64,000 bases of DNA from a virus (lineage: Duplodnaviria > Caudoviricetes): positions 59,024 to 123,023 of IMG/VR virus record IMGVR_UViG_2974707348_000001; one strand, written 5' to 3'. The notes beneath the pieces were generated by a model, which was not told where the DNA came from, did no database searches, and saw nothing but the letters and a program-made list of their open reading frames with translations. Position numbers and translations under genes: made by a program. Shown here one piece after another: positions 9,429-18,190 of this stretch. The stretch's first letter is position 1; each line of letters begins with the position of its first letter.

Positions 9429-9785
9429 ATGGAACTAGAAAACGTAACACTTAAACAATTACAAAATAAAGAGGTTATTCCTTTGCGTGAGCAGGCTTTG
9501 CAATACTTTAGAGATTTAGAAAAATTCAAAAGGAAATTACGTAAAGACGGACAAACTCACTATGATGTTCTAGTAGCACCTGAATACTTTACCGCAGAAG
9601 TTGCTCTAGTATTTTCTAACGATGAAGAAGTTAGTTTAGCACGTAAACAAATCTATTCACAGTTAATGTTCTTTACGGATAATGACATCGTATTTGCTAG
9701 TCAATTATTTTACAAATTGACATATGGTAAGATTGATTTTGTTAGTTTTGATAAAGAATTTACTTTAGAAGATGATAAAAAATAG
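9429..9785 (+). CDS. Hypothetical protein
   Basis: ATG 9429 after AGGAG RBS. Confidence 0.65.
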   Translation: MELENVTLKQLQNKEVIPLREQALQYFRDLEKFKRKLRKDGQTHYDVLVAPEYFTAEVALVFSNDEEVSLARKQIYSQLMFFTDNDIVFASQLFYKLTYGKIDFVSFDKEFTLEDDKK

Positions 9786-9806
9786 TTAGGAAAGTATAAA
9801 AAAGAC

Positions 9807-9842
9807 AATCCTCTTGACAAACAAGGGGATTTGTGTTATAAT
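9807..9842 (+). promoter_or_regulatory. Hairpin overlapping a promoter
   Basis: AATCCTCTTG/CAAGGGGATT; TTGACA 9814-9819, 17 bp, TATAAT 9837-9842. Confidence 0.8.
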
Positions 9843-9864
9843 ATAATAATAAAGGAGGACTATA

Positions 9865-10032
9865 ATGAAAGTTAAATTTTGGTTTAAACGTGGATTCAAT
9901 GAATCCGAAGTTGAAGTCTTTGAGTTTGAAGACGGAACAGACATGAAAAAAATCGAACAAGAATATTATAATTGGTTCGACGAACAACGCTCTAAAGGGG
10001 GAGGCATTGAGGGCGGATTCGATATTCAATAG
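9865..10032 (+). CDS. Small acidic hypothetical protein (55 aa), not in the ORF track
   Basis: AAGGAGG RBS directly after the promoter; MKVKFWFKRG...GGFDIQ. Confidence 0.7.
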   Translation: MKVKFWFKRGFNESEVEVFEFEDGTDMKKIEQEYYNWFDEQRSKGGGIEGGFDIQ

Positions 10033-10048
10033 AAAACGAGAAGAAGAA

Positions 10049-10816
10049 ATGACAATAGAAAGCAAACAATTGCATGCTGGAACTTTCTTTGTAAATAATA
10101 GAGGTCATGAATACAAGATTATTTGTGATGAATACATAGTGAGAAGCACTAAAGGTAAAGCAACTCTCGTGGCAGATATTATATTTTCTGACTCAGGAAC
10201 AACGATGACGGCTCACAAGGGGAACATTTTAAAGGGCAATGTCAAAGACCCTTACGCAAAAGACGTTCAGGGTGTTGCTTGTCGAGGGAATGCAAAGAAA
10301 ATTGGCAATGAAAAAATATACCAAATATGGATGAGTATGATTCAAAGATGTTATAACTCTAACGCAAGCTCTTACAAACAATATGGCGCAAAAGGTGTCT
10401 TTATTGAGAAACGGTGGTTGTGTTTCGAATATTTCTTAGAAGATATTTCAAAAATAGAGGGGTATGACGAGAAAAGGTTTTTCAATGGAGAACTCCATAT
10501 TGATAAAGATATGAAGTGCGAAGCAATGAATCTTACACCTAAGAGGTATTCTTTGGATACTTGTACTTTTGTCCCTGTTTTTGATAATCTATCTTATCAA
10601 AAGGGAAAGAAAAGAGACAGAAAAGAGGATGTTCCACTTCTGGTGGCAACTAATGTTGAAACAGGTGATAAAGAATATATCTATAATATTAGTCGCTATG
10701 CAATAGATAACGGATTCAATCTTCGTGCCATTAGGTATCGAATAACTAAACATGTTAAAAAACCGCACAAAGGTTTTATATTTGAAAGGATAAATTATTA
10801 TAATGTCAAAAAATAA
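10049..10816 (+). CDS. Free-standing HNH-like (His-Me finger) putative homing endonuclease
   Basis: YxxWxxMxxRCY..YxxYGxKG..W..FxxF..IDKD..YSxxTCxFVP motif series typical of phage HNH/AP2-associated endonucleases; overlaps the nrdF start. Confidence 0.7.
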   Translation: MTIESKQLHAGTFFVNNRGHEYKIICDEYIVRSTKGKATLVADIIFSDSGTTMTAHKGNILKGNVKDPYAKDVQGVACRGNAKKIGNEKIYQIWMSMIQRCYNSNASSYKQYGAKGVFIEKRWLCFEYFLEDISKIEGYDEKRFFNGELHIDKDMKCEAMNLTPKRYSLDTCTFVPVFDNLSYQKGKKRDRKEDVPLLVATNVETGDKEYIYNISRYAIDNGFNLRAIRYRITKHVKKPHKGFIFERINYYNVKK

Positions 10817-11386
10817 ATTAGTAACCGCTGTGAATTGGAATCGGCTGGAAGATAACATCGACCGTGCAACTTGGGATAAATTGATTTCACAATTTTGGGT
10901 CAGCTCACGTGTACCCGTTTCAAATGACATGGGTGATTGGAATAAATTGTCTGCCCCAGAGAAAGATTTATTCAATAAAGTTTTTGGGGGGTTAACCCTA
11001 CTTGATACTTTGCAGGGTGAAGTCGGTAACAATGAGATTGCAAAAGATTCTCGTACTCAACATGAACTAGCTGTATTCAGGAATATCGCCTACATGGAAT
11101 GCATCCATGCTGAATCATATTCAACAATCTTCTCAACTTTCTGTACTATGAAAGATATTGATGGGATATTTGAATGGACTGCAACAAATCCTTATATTGT
11201 TAAGAAAACAGAAATTATCCAAGACATCTATGAAAACGGAACTCCTCTTCAAAAGAAAGTTGCATCAGTATTCTTGGAATCATTCCTCTTTTACTCAGGA
11301 TTCTTTACACCCTTATATTATGCTGGACTCGGAAAGATGAAAAATACAGCCGAGATTGTAAAATTAATTTTGAGGGATGAGTCGGT
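10803..11386 (+). CDS. nrdF: Class Ib ribonucleotide reductase beta subunit, exon 1
   Basis: AVNWN, FW, LTLLDTLQ, ECIHAESYS, LESFLFYSGF and LILRDES motifs. Confidence 0.95.
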
Positions 11387-11805
11387 TTTGTAAGTGAGCT
11401 GACTTAGGTATTTTGCCTTAGCGAAACCACAATCCTAAACAGGGAAACTCTCTCGCAGACAATCCTGTGTTAAATTATTGTAAAAACCTTATGATAAACT
11501 CTCTATCTTTTTTAAGATGATGAAGACCGAGAGTTTCTCAAAAAGGAAGAAGTACAATATAAAGACTCAACGACTATCGAAAGGCAGTTAATAGCTCTAG
11601 GGGTTATTAATGAAACCAAGTAGAGTACAGCCAAGTGGTAAGCAACGTGTGTGAAAATGGCATGCAGATAAGTCTTTTAAATGGAAATGGAGTATGTGGG
11701 GTGTTGACTAACAACAGCACTAAGATATAGTCTCAGCGTCCATAGTGATATGGAGAAGTTCATCAGAGAACTGCATAGAACTTACGACTCTATGTGAAGG
11801 TACTA
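11387..11805 (+). mobile_element. Group I intron (419 nt, ORF-less) in nrdF, apparently ending in A
   Basis: P1 GAGUCGGU/GCUGACUU with U-G; P10 GUGA/UCAC; P7 ACGACUA/UAGUCU; AAGAUAUAGUC S element; splicing restores RDESV|HG. Confidence 0.9.
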
Positions 11806-12202
11806 TCACGGATATTACATAGGCTACAAATTTCAAATTGGATACAATGAATTAACAGAATCTGAACAAGAAGAGTTAGAAGAATGGACATTCGATTTAC
11901 TTGAGAAGCTATATCAAAATGAATTGAAATATACTGAACTTCTTTATGATACTGTGGGTTATACAGAGGACGTAAAACAATTCCTCAAATATAACGCAGA
12001 CAAAGCTCTTATGAATCTCGGATTCGACACTTTATTTGAAGTTGGTCGTGAAGATATCAATCCACTCGTAATGAATGGTATCTCAACTGAAACAGCTAAC
12101 CATGATTTCTTCTCAGCGGTAGGTAATGGATATCTCCTTGGAGAAGTCGAAGCTATGAAAGACGATGACTACGCTTTGATTAAAGAAAAACTTAATAAAT
12201 AA
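11806..12202 (+). CDS. nrdF: nrdF exon 2 (spliced NrdF = 326 aa)
   Basis: HGYYIGYKFQ, YNADKALMNLG and HDFFSAVGNGY motifs. Confidence 0.93.
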
Positions 12203-12209
12203 AAAAATC

Positions 12210-12245
12210 AGAGGACTTGACAAGTCCTCTTTTTTATGGTATAAT
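12210..12245 (+). promoter_or_regulatory. nrdF terminator overlapping the next promoter
   Basis: AGAGGACTTG/CAAGTCCTCT plus T run; TTGACA 12217-12222, 17 bp, TATAAT 12240-12245. Confidence 0.85.
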
Positions 12246-12280
12246 ATTACTATCAAACATTTAAGGAGAATAAACATAAT

Positions 12281-12850
12281 ATGGGTTTACCAAACAATCA
12301 AAACTATACCCCTACAGTACACTATTTAGAAAGGATGTCAGAACGATTTAATATTAAAACAAACTTAGAGTCTATGAACTTTTTTAAACAACAAGTTGAT
12401 ACTTTAGAGTATGCTGGAAAAAATACTACTAAGCTTGGTGTGTGCGAAGTTTGGGCGAATGATAAAGTAACTTTTATTCTTGATGTTCAAAATAAGAGAA
12501 TTGTAACAGTTTATAAAACTGGAAGCATTGAAATTCAGGTTGATGATACCTCTATAAAAAAATCCGAACAATATTTCGAAAATCCACTATCATTGTTCGG
12601 AAATGAACAGATTCATAGCATAATCTTTGATGAATTGTTCGGAAATGTCGAACAAACTTTTGAAAAAATCTCAAATTTAACAAGTAAAATCACGATTTTA
12701 CATGAGAAGATGCAAAAGACAAGCCGTAAAGATTACAAGGCTAAACAAATGGATGAAGCTCATGAAATCATGTATGAACTTGCACGTCAAATTAAAGCAT
12801 GTAGTCAAAAAGAAAACGAAATTAACAAATTTAAAGAAAGACTTGGGTAA
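12281..12850 (+). CDS. Hypothetical protein with an N-terminal RelE/BECR-like domain and C-terminal coiled coil
   Basis: TxHYLERMSERF...IVTVY pattern. Confidence 0.55.
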   Translation: MGLPNNQNYTPTVHYLERMSERFNIKTNLESMNFFKQQVDTLEYAGKNTTKLGVCEVWANDKVTFILDVQNKRIVTVYKTGSIEIQVDDTSIKKSEQYFENPLSLFGNEQIHSIIFDELFGNVEQTFEKISNLTSKITILHEKMQKTSRKDYKAKQMDEAHEIMYELARQIKACSQKENEINKFKERLG

Positions 12851-12855
12851 CTATT

Positions 12856-13149
12856 ATGGAAGATAAAATTTCAACACTAGCAGAAGTTAATAAACTTATT
12901 GACGAATATAATGAATTTTCTGATAGATTTAATGAAGATTTTGACGAATATAATGAATTTTCTGATAACCTTAATGAAGATTGGGAAACGGCATTCTTTA
13001 TGATATTAAAAATTCATGAATCAGACAGCAAACGAACAGGAAAGATTCTTGATGTCCTTTTTGATAATCTTGACGACTTGCCAAAACCAGTCATTGAGGT
13101 AATGCAAAAATATTCAAATCTCGAACGTAATAATTTGAAAGGAAAATAA
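12856..13149 (+). CDS. Acidic hypothetical protein with an internal 14-aa duplication
   Basis: DEYNEFSDxxNED occurs twice. Confidence 0.65.
   Translation: MEDKISTLAEVNKLIDEYNEFSDRFNEDFDEYNEFSDNLNEDWETAFFMILKIHESDSKRTGKILDVLFDNLDDLPKPVIEVMQKYSNLERNNLKGK
12899..12982 (+). repeat. 42-bp tandem duplication
   Basis: TTGACGAATATAATGAATTTTCTGATA...TTAATGAAGATT at 12899 and 12941. Confidence 0.9.
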
Positions 13150-13150
13150 A

Positions 13151-13426
13151 ATGGAAGCAATTGATGTTGAATTTACTATAGGAGTTGATGACTATTTGGA
13201 TGAAAAATTCCGATTATTAGAAATGAATTGTTATTACGATTTTGATATTTCTCGAAAACTAGAAATGCTTGATGCTATTCGCAAAGGGCTTATTGAAGAA
13301 GAAATCTGCAAAGTAACAAACATTATTAATACTCTGCATCACTCAACACATAGCTCTGGTGAATTAACAAAACTCATCGAGACGCAAACAAAACTATTAG
13401 AAAGATTGAAAAATAATGGAAATTAA
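13151..13426 (+). CDS. Hypothetical protein
   Basis: ORF with AAGGA RBS, within the operon. Confidence 0.65.
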   Translation: MEAIDVEFTIGVDDYLDEKFRLLEMNCYYDFDISRKLEMLDAIRKGLIEEEICKVTNIINTLHHSTHSSGELTKLIETQTKLLERLKNNGN

Positions 13427-14336
13427 AGATGTAGTAATTATTGGTGGTGGAGTCGCAGGTACAACTGTGGCTTTATATCTTGCTCGTGCAGGATTCGAAC
13501 CTGTCCTATTGACAGACGGTGAAATTGGTGGAAATCTTAATTCCATTGATACCATTCAAAATTACGTTGGAATTTATAACGCAAAAGGTAGTGATATCAC
13601 AGAAGCAATTCGCTGTCAACTTTATCAAGCTGGATGTGATATGGGTAGCAATATTAAAGAAGATACTAAAGTAACCAATGTTTCTAAAGATAAAAATGGT
13701 ATTTATCTGATTACGTATGAAAACCTTTTAGGCACTGAGGATACTATTCTGTCTAAAAACCTTGTCATTGCAACAGGTCAACACAATCTTAAACTTCCAA
13801 TTGACACAGAACAACACAATTGTGTTTTGTGTGATGGCTTTATGTTTAAAGGTGAACCAGTAGTTGTAATTGGTGGTGGAAATTCTGCTTTAACAGAAGC
13901 AATCGAGCTAGCTAAAACATCAAGTAAAGTTTATCTTGTTACACGTAGACCAGAGTTTCGTGCAGAACAACATTTGCAAAATGAAATCAAAGAACATGAT
14001 AATATTGTTCATTCAGTGGGTAATCTTCAATCTGTGGTTGGAGACTCATATATCTTCGACACACACACTATTATGGCAAAAGGGCTTTTTGTTTACATTG
14101 GCTCAAAACCTAATACACAGTTTATGGAAGACGAATTAATTCTAACAGATAGCGGACATATTGATACAATGGGTTATAATGCTTTGGTTGGTGTTAAAGG
14201 TAGTCGCCACATGGATATTGACCGAAACTTATATGTTGTTGGTGATGTGAATGGTTCGGTTGAAGCAAAACAATTTGGTATTGCCATTGGTCAAGCCACA
14301 GAGGTTGCAGTCCAACTTATTAAAAAATTGTCATAA
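13416..14336 (+). CDS. trxB: Thioredoxin reductase (low-Mr TrxR)
   Basis: IIGGGVAG, IATG, CVLCDG, VIGGGNSA, TRR and GD motifs. Confidence 0.9.
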   Translation: MEIKDVVIIGGGVAGTTVALYLARAGFEPVLLTDGEIGGNLNSIDTIQNYVGIYNAKGSDITEAIRCQLYQAGCDMGSNIKEDTKVTNVSKDKNGIYLITYENLLGTEDTILSKNLVIATGQHNLKLPIDTEQHNCVLCDGFMFKGEPVVVIGGGNSALTEAIELAKTSSKVYLVTRRPEFRAEQHLQNEIKEHDNIVHSVGNLQSVVGDSYIFDTHTIMAKGLFVYIGSKPNTQFMEDELILTDSGHIDTMGYNALVGVKGSRHMDIDRNLYVVGDVNGSVEAKQFGIAIGQATEVAVQLIKKLS

Positions 14337-14350
14337 CTATGACCTCACTC

Positions 14351-14379
14351 TTGACATATGATATTAATTATGGTATAAT
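14351..14379 (+). promoter_or_regulatory. sigma70-type promoter
   Basis: TTGACA, 17 bp, TG-G-TATAAT. Confidence 0.8.
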
Positions 14380-14414
14380 ATTATGAGTAATATGTTTAGA
14401 AAGGAGAACATGAA

Positions 14415-15095
14415 ATGAGTCCGAAAAGCGAACTAATATTTGATAATTTAGAAAATATGGACAATATCCTTATTTTTGTTGGTGCAAGTGGAAGTGGTAA
14501 ATCAACTCTTGTAGAACATATCAGAAAAAATTTAGGCATTCCTCAACTTGTCACCACTACAACACGACACAAGAGGCGTAACGAGAAAGAAGGAGAAGAT
14601 TATCACTTTATTGGGCCAGAAGAGTTTAACCGTTTAGCTGATAATGAGTCTTTTTTGGAGACTACCAGTTATTCTGGTAACTTATATGGTTTAACTAAAG
14701 AGGAAATTGATAAAAATTCTAACAATGTATCAACTGTTATCACAGATATCAATGGTGCTCGTACATTGGCAAATCTGTACCCAGACCGTGTTATGGTCTT
14801 TTGGATGAAAAGTACACCACTTAATCTTGTTAAGAGATTAAGAAAACGTGGTGAAAGTTGGTTCACGATTATATCCAGACTGTTTAATGCTTATCGTTGT
14901 GATGAGTTTACCGTTCCATCATCGAAGTTTGTTGATGTAACATTTACGGTTATTCACTCGGAAGATGATATGGTTAATAATTTTGGAATAGTTTATTATA
15001 AGCTATTAACAGATGAGTTCAAAAAGAACACAGATTATCTACAAAAATTAGAAAAAGAAAAGGAACTGAATAATGGCAGAAAGACGTTATTATAA
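14415..15095 (+). CDS. gmk: Guanylate kinase-like protein
   Basis: GASGSGKST, TTRxxRxxExEGxDYHF and YSGNLYG motifs. Confidence 0.88.
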   Translation: MSPKSELIFDNLENMDNILIFVGASGSGKSTLVEHIRKNLGIPQLVTTTTRHKRRNEKEGEDYHFIGPEEFNRLADNESFLETTSYSGNLYGLTKEEIDKNSNNVSTVITDINGARTLANLYPDRVMVFWMKSTPLNLVKRLRKRGESWFTIISRLFNAYRCDEFTVPSSKFVDVTFTVIHSEDDMVNNFGIVYYKLLTDEFKKNTDYLQKLEKEKELNNGRKTLL

Positions 15096-15816
15096 AACAG
15101 GAGAACAAGTATGGTCAAATCAAGATGGTGTGGTAGCTATCGTTAAAAGTGTCGATACTGTAAATAAGGAAATGACAGTTTATCTTCTTGATGAAAAAGA
15201 TAAGACAACTACAGCCACACGTAACCTTTGGGAATTTGATAAACTTCGTGGATTTAATAAATATGAAGCTGGGACAATTGGTTTTGCTAAATTCCGTCCA
15301 ACAGCTAAAATCCCTACTAAGAATCATTTTGAAGATGCGGGATTTGATGTTTATTTAGATATCCCTAAAGAACACAAATGGAAAGATTTATCAGGTCAAG
15401 AACATGACTCATGGAATAATGGAGTCCTCTCACTTCATATCTTTAAAGGTAAACCAACCCTATTACCGACTGGTATCGGAGTGAAAGTTTCAGAAGATTA
15501 CTATACTGATTGGGCTAATGAACGTGGTTCAACTGGTTTACAAGGTATGGCTACACTTTCAGGTGTTGTTGATGCAGGGTATCGTGGTGAAGTATTCCTT
15601 GATATTGCTCCGACTTATAAAGATATTATTATTACAAATGCTTATCAAGATGTGAAGGAAACTGATGATGAAATTTTCTTCCCAATCACAAAAGCTGTTG
15701 CTCAAATGATTGTACGTGATAATTTACATTTACGTGAATATGAATTATCTATTGATGATTTTAAAGATGATGTAACTAATCGTGGAGATTCTAAATTAGG
15801 TGCTTCTGGAAAATAA
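15073..15816 (+). CDS. dut: Trimeric dUTPase with N-terminal extension
   Basis: DAGFD, ERGS, GVVDAGYRGE, AQ and RGxxxLGASG (motifs I-V). Confidence 0.9.
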   Translation: MAERRYYKTGEQVWSNQDGVVAIVKSVDTVNKEMTVYLLDEKDKTTTATRNLWEFDKLRGFNKYEAGTIGFAKFRPTAKIPTKNHFEDAGFDVYLDIPKEHKWKDLSGQEHDSWNNGVLSLHIFKGKPTLLPTGIGVKVSEDYYTDWANERGSTGLQGMATLSGVVDAGYRGEVFLDIAPTYKDIIITNAYQDVKETDDEIFFPITKAVAQMIVRDNLHLREYELSIDDFKDDVTNRGDSKLGASGK

Positions 15817-15825
15817 TAATCTATT

Positions 15826-15851
15826 AACTAGCTTCGGCTAGTTTTTGTTTT
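15826..15851 (+). terminator. Rho-independent terminator
   Basis: AACTAGC-TTCG-GCTAGTT followed by a T run. Confidence 0.9.
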
Positions 15852-15855
15852 TCTC

Positions 15856-15884
15856 TTGACAGGTAGGGAAAATTATGATATAAT
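15856..15884 (+). promoter_or_regulatory. sigma70-type promoter of the protease operon
   Basis: TTGACA, 17 bp, TG-A-TATAAT. Confidence 0.8.
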
Positions 15885-15911
15885 ATTATTATAATAAAAA
15901 AGGAGAAAATA

Positions 15912-16676
15912 ATGAATTTAGAGCAATACTTAAAATTAACTGGTTTTGATAAGCCTGAACAAAAAGGTATTAACATTGCAATTCTTGACAGTGGATTTAA
16001 TACACAAAATAAAAATGTAAAATATAGATTTAATGCCTTTGACAAATCAGAAGACGTAAAAGATGAACGTGGACATGGTACTGCAATTCTTGATGTTGTC
16101 AGTACAATTTCACCAAACTCAAACTTCTATTTATTCAAGGCTTTAGATAAAGATGGAAAAGGAACAATGTTATCAATTTATGAATCATTGATTCGTGTAC
16201 GTGATATTGAAGAAATTGATATTGTCTGCATGAGTTTTAGTAGTTTTCAAAAACTTAGTATTACAACAGATAAAGCAATTAAAGAGTGCCTTGAAAACAA
16301 AAAGATTCTTGTATCAGCACTAGGTAATGATGAACGACAACAGGACACTTATCCAAGTGCTGTGGAAGGTGTATATAAAGTAGGTGCACTTTCTGAAAGT
16401 CTAATCTCACGCTACCACTTATCAAATTATTCTCCAACAACCCACTTTGTGGCATTAGGTGAAAATATTCTTGCCAATGAAGAACTACGTGAAGGTACAA
16501 GCTTTGCAACCGCTATTGTTGTTGGACAAATTGCAGAGATTATGGCTCATTATCAAATCAAAAAAGAAGAAGTTAATTATGAATTATTTGAAGATTCATT
16601 CTTATCTAGCTCATTACGGACTATGGATATAGCTAAGGGTCATCTTCTTAAGGGAGGTAGCGATGACTTTGAGTGA
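15912..16676 (+). CDS. Subtilisin-family (S8) serine protease, no signal peptide
   Basis: Catalytic triad motifs IAILDSG, HGTA and GTSFAT; oxyanion LGN; YPSA. Confidence 0.88.
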   Translation: MNLEQYLKLTGFDKPEQKGINIAILDSGFNTQNKNVKYRFNAFDKSEDVKDERGHGTAILDVVSTISPNSNFYLFKALDKDGKGTMLSIYESLIRVRDIEEIDIVCMSFSSFQKLSITTDKAIKECLENKKILVSALGNDERQQDTYPSAVEGVYKVGALSESLISRYHLSNYSPTTHFVALGENILANEELREGTSFATAIVVGQIAEIMAHYQIKKEEVNYELFEDSFLSSSLRTMDIAKGHLLKGGSDDFE

Positions 16677-17184
16677 TGAGTTTGAATTTAACTACCTAAA
16701 AACAATGTATGCCAGTGGATATAGTCTTGAAAATATTGATAAATATCTATCAGATTCAGAATATACTGCACAGGATTTCATCAACGAACTAGTTTTACGT
16801 GAAGTTACAGTAAGCGAAACCAAAAAGACTGGTAAACGATTGTCAGAAGACTTGAAGAAATTAATTGCACAGCGTGATAGTAACGGAATCTCTCGTACAG
16901 AAATATTTAAAGAACTTAATCTTAATTTTTTAACTGTTCGTAGAGCTTGTGAAAAATATGGCTCTGCAAACAAATATAATGGACGAGTGTCATATCGTGA
17001 CATTTATGAGGTTGTTCCTTTTGCTATCAAACATGTGACAGATGGAATCATTTGTCCTATCTGTAGAGGACGTGCTAATAGCACAGAAGGCTCTCCCAAT
17101 GTTTTCTTCTGTGTTAAATGCTTAGAGGAATATACTGTTCGTCATAGAAAATTATATCGCACACGTTGGGAAAATATAGACTAA
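16663..17184 (+). CDS. HTH plus C-terminal Zn-ribbon protein
   Basis: GISRTEIFKELNL..TVRRAC helix-turn-helix pattern; CPIC...CVKC. Confidence 0.65.
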   Translation: MTLSDEFEFNYLKTMYASGYSLENIDKYLSDSEYTAQDFINELVLREVTVSETKKTGKRLSEDLKKLIAQRDSNGISRTEIFKELNLNFLTVRRACEKYGSANKYNGRVSYRDIYEVVPFAIKHVTDGIICPICRGRANSTEGSPNVFFCVKCLEEYTVRHRKLYRTRWENID

Positions 17185-17227
17185 AAAAAATAAAAAGAAT
17201 AAAAAAAGGAACACAAGGAGAAATAAA

Positions 17228-17860
17228 ATGACATACCAATTGAAAGTAATTTACCCTAAACAAGAATCTATTGAATCAAATAAATTCACTGAACGTAGCC
17301 ATAACGAGTTGATTGATGATGTATCTGCTGAGGACGCAATTAAGACTTATAAAGATTTACTATTGCAAGGATACTCTATCGCAACATCATTTACTCCACC
17401 AGAAATTGTCGAAGATGAAAATTTTGATGCATTTGTTGTGGCTAAAAATCTTGAATTAGCAGGGTTGCAATACACAGCAACTATCAAGCTCAAAAGTAAA
17501 ACAGACTACGAGGGTGCTAAAGAGATTACTAGGGTTATTGAACAGCAAGGGTTTGATTATTCAGTAACAGCTAAATTAAATATCAATGAAAACTCACCTG
17601 TAGACTTTGAAAAGGAAAGTACTTGGTTTGACTCTGAATATGCTTCATATTCTGTATTACCAAAAGCTAAAAGCTACGATATTATGGATTTAAAATCTCT
17701 ATATGAAACACTATCAGATATAAATCTAAAAGTATCCATCAGTCTTAAAATGCGTACTAAAAAAGATAATGATGAGGTCTTTGAACAACAACTGGATTCT
17801 TATCCAGATGACACACTTATTATTTTAAAACTTAAGGATGCTGATATTTATGGTGAATAA
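17228..17860 (+). CDS. Hypothetical acidic protein with internal alpha-beta repeats
   Basis: AAGGAG RBS; repeated helix-G-aromatic-beta units. Confidence 0.7.
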   Translation: MTYQLKVIYPKQESIESNKFTERSHNELIDDVSAEDAIKTYKDLLLQGYSIATSFTPPEIVEDENFDAFVVAKNLELAGLQYTATIKLKSKTDYEGAKEITRVIEQQGFDYSVTAKLNINENSPVDFEKESTWFDSEYASYSVLPKAKSYDIMDLKSLYETLSDINLKVSISLKMRTKKDNDEVFEQQLDSYPDDTLIILKLKDADIYGE

Positions 17861-18185
17861 AGTATATGCTGATGCTATATTATTAAAGTATGAACAAGGT
17901 GAATATGAAGGCTATGAACTAGTAGTTTTTAATGTTTTAGATAAAAATTTAACACTGCTAGAGATTACTGATGTCGCAAAGTTATTCTTAAAAGAGTATG
18001 TGCATAATGAAGACTACCTATCTTATACTGGAATGACGATATTTGCTGAACATTGGAAAAATGGAAAAATGGTAAAGAGTATTAAAATAGGTAACGTTCA
18101 CGATGAGGACGATAGAGATGGTTTACCAGTTTGGAAATGCGATTGGGAAATTGGTGAAACTGAATACTTTTATCCGTATGGTTGA
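17850..18185 (+). CDS. Hypothetical protein
   Basis: Overlaps the upstream stop; same operon. Confidence 0.6.
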   Translation: MVNKVYADAILLKYEQGEYEGYELVVFNVLDKNLTLLEITDVAKLFLKEYVHNEDYLSYTGMTIFAEHWKNGKMVKSIKIGNVHDEDDRDGLPVWKCDWEIGETEYFYPYG

Positions 18186-18190
18186 TAAAT

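Noticed and set aside
11799-11800. Canonical omega-G 3' splice site for the nrdF intron
   Set aside because: G11800 gives a frameshift; G11799 inserts Tyr-Tyr into the ExxH metal site and loses the P10 pairing.
10803-12202. Metal-free class Ie NrdF
   Set aside because: The carboxylate and histidine ligands (D, ExxH, E, ExxH) are all retained.
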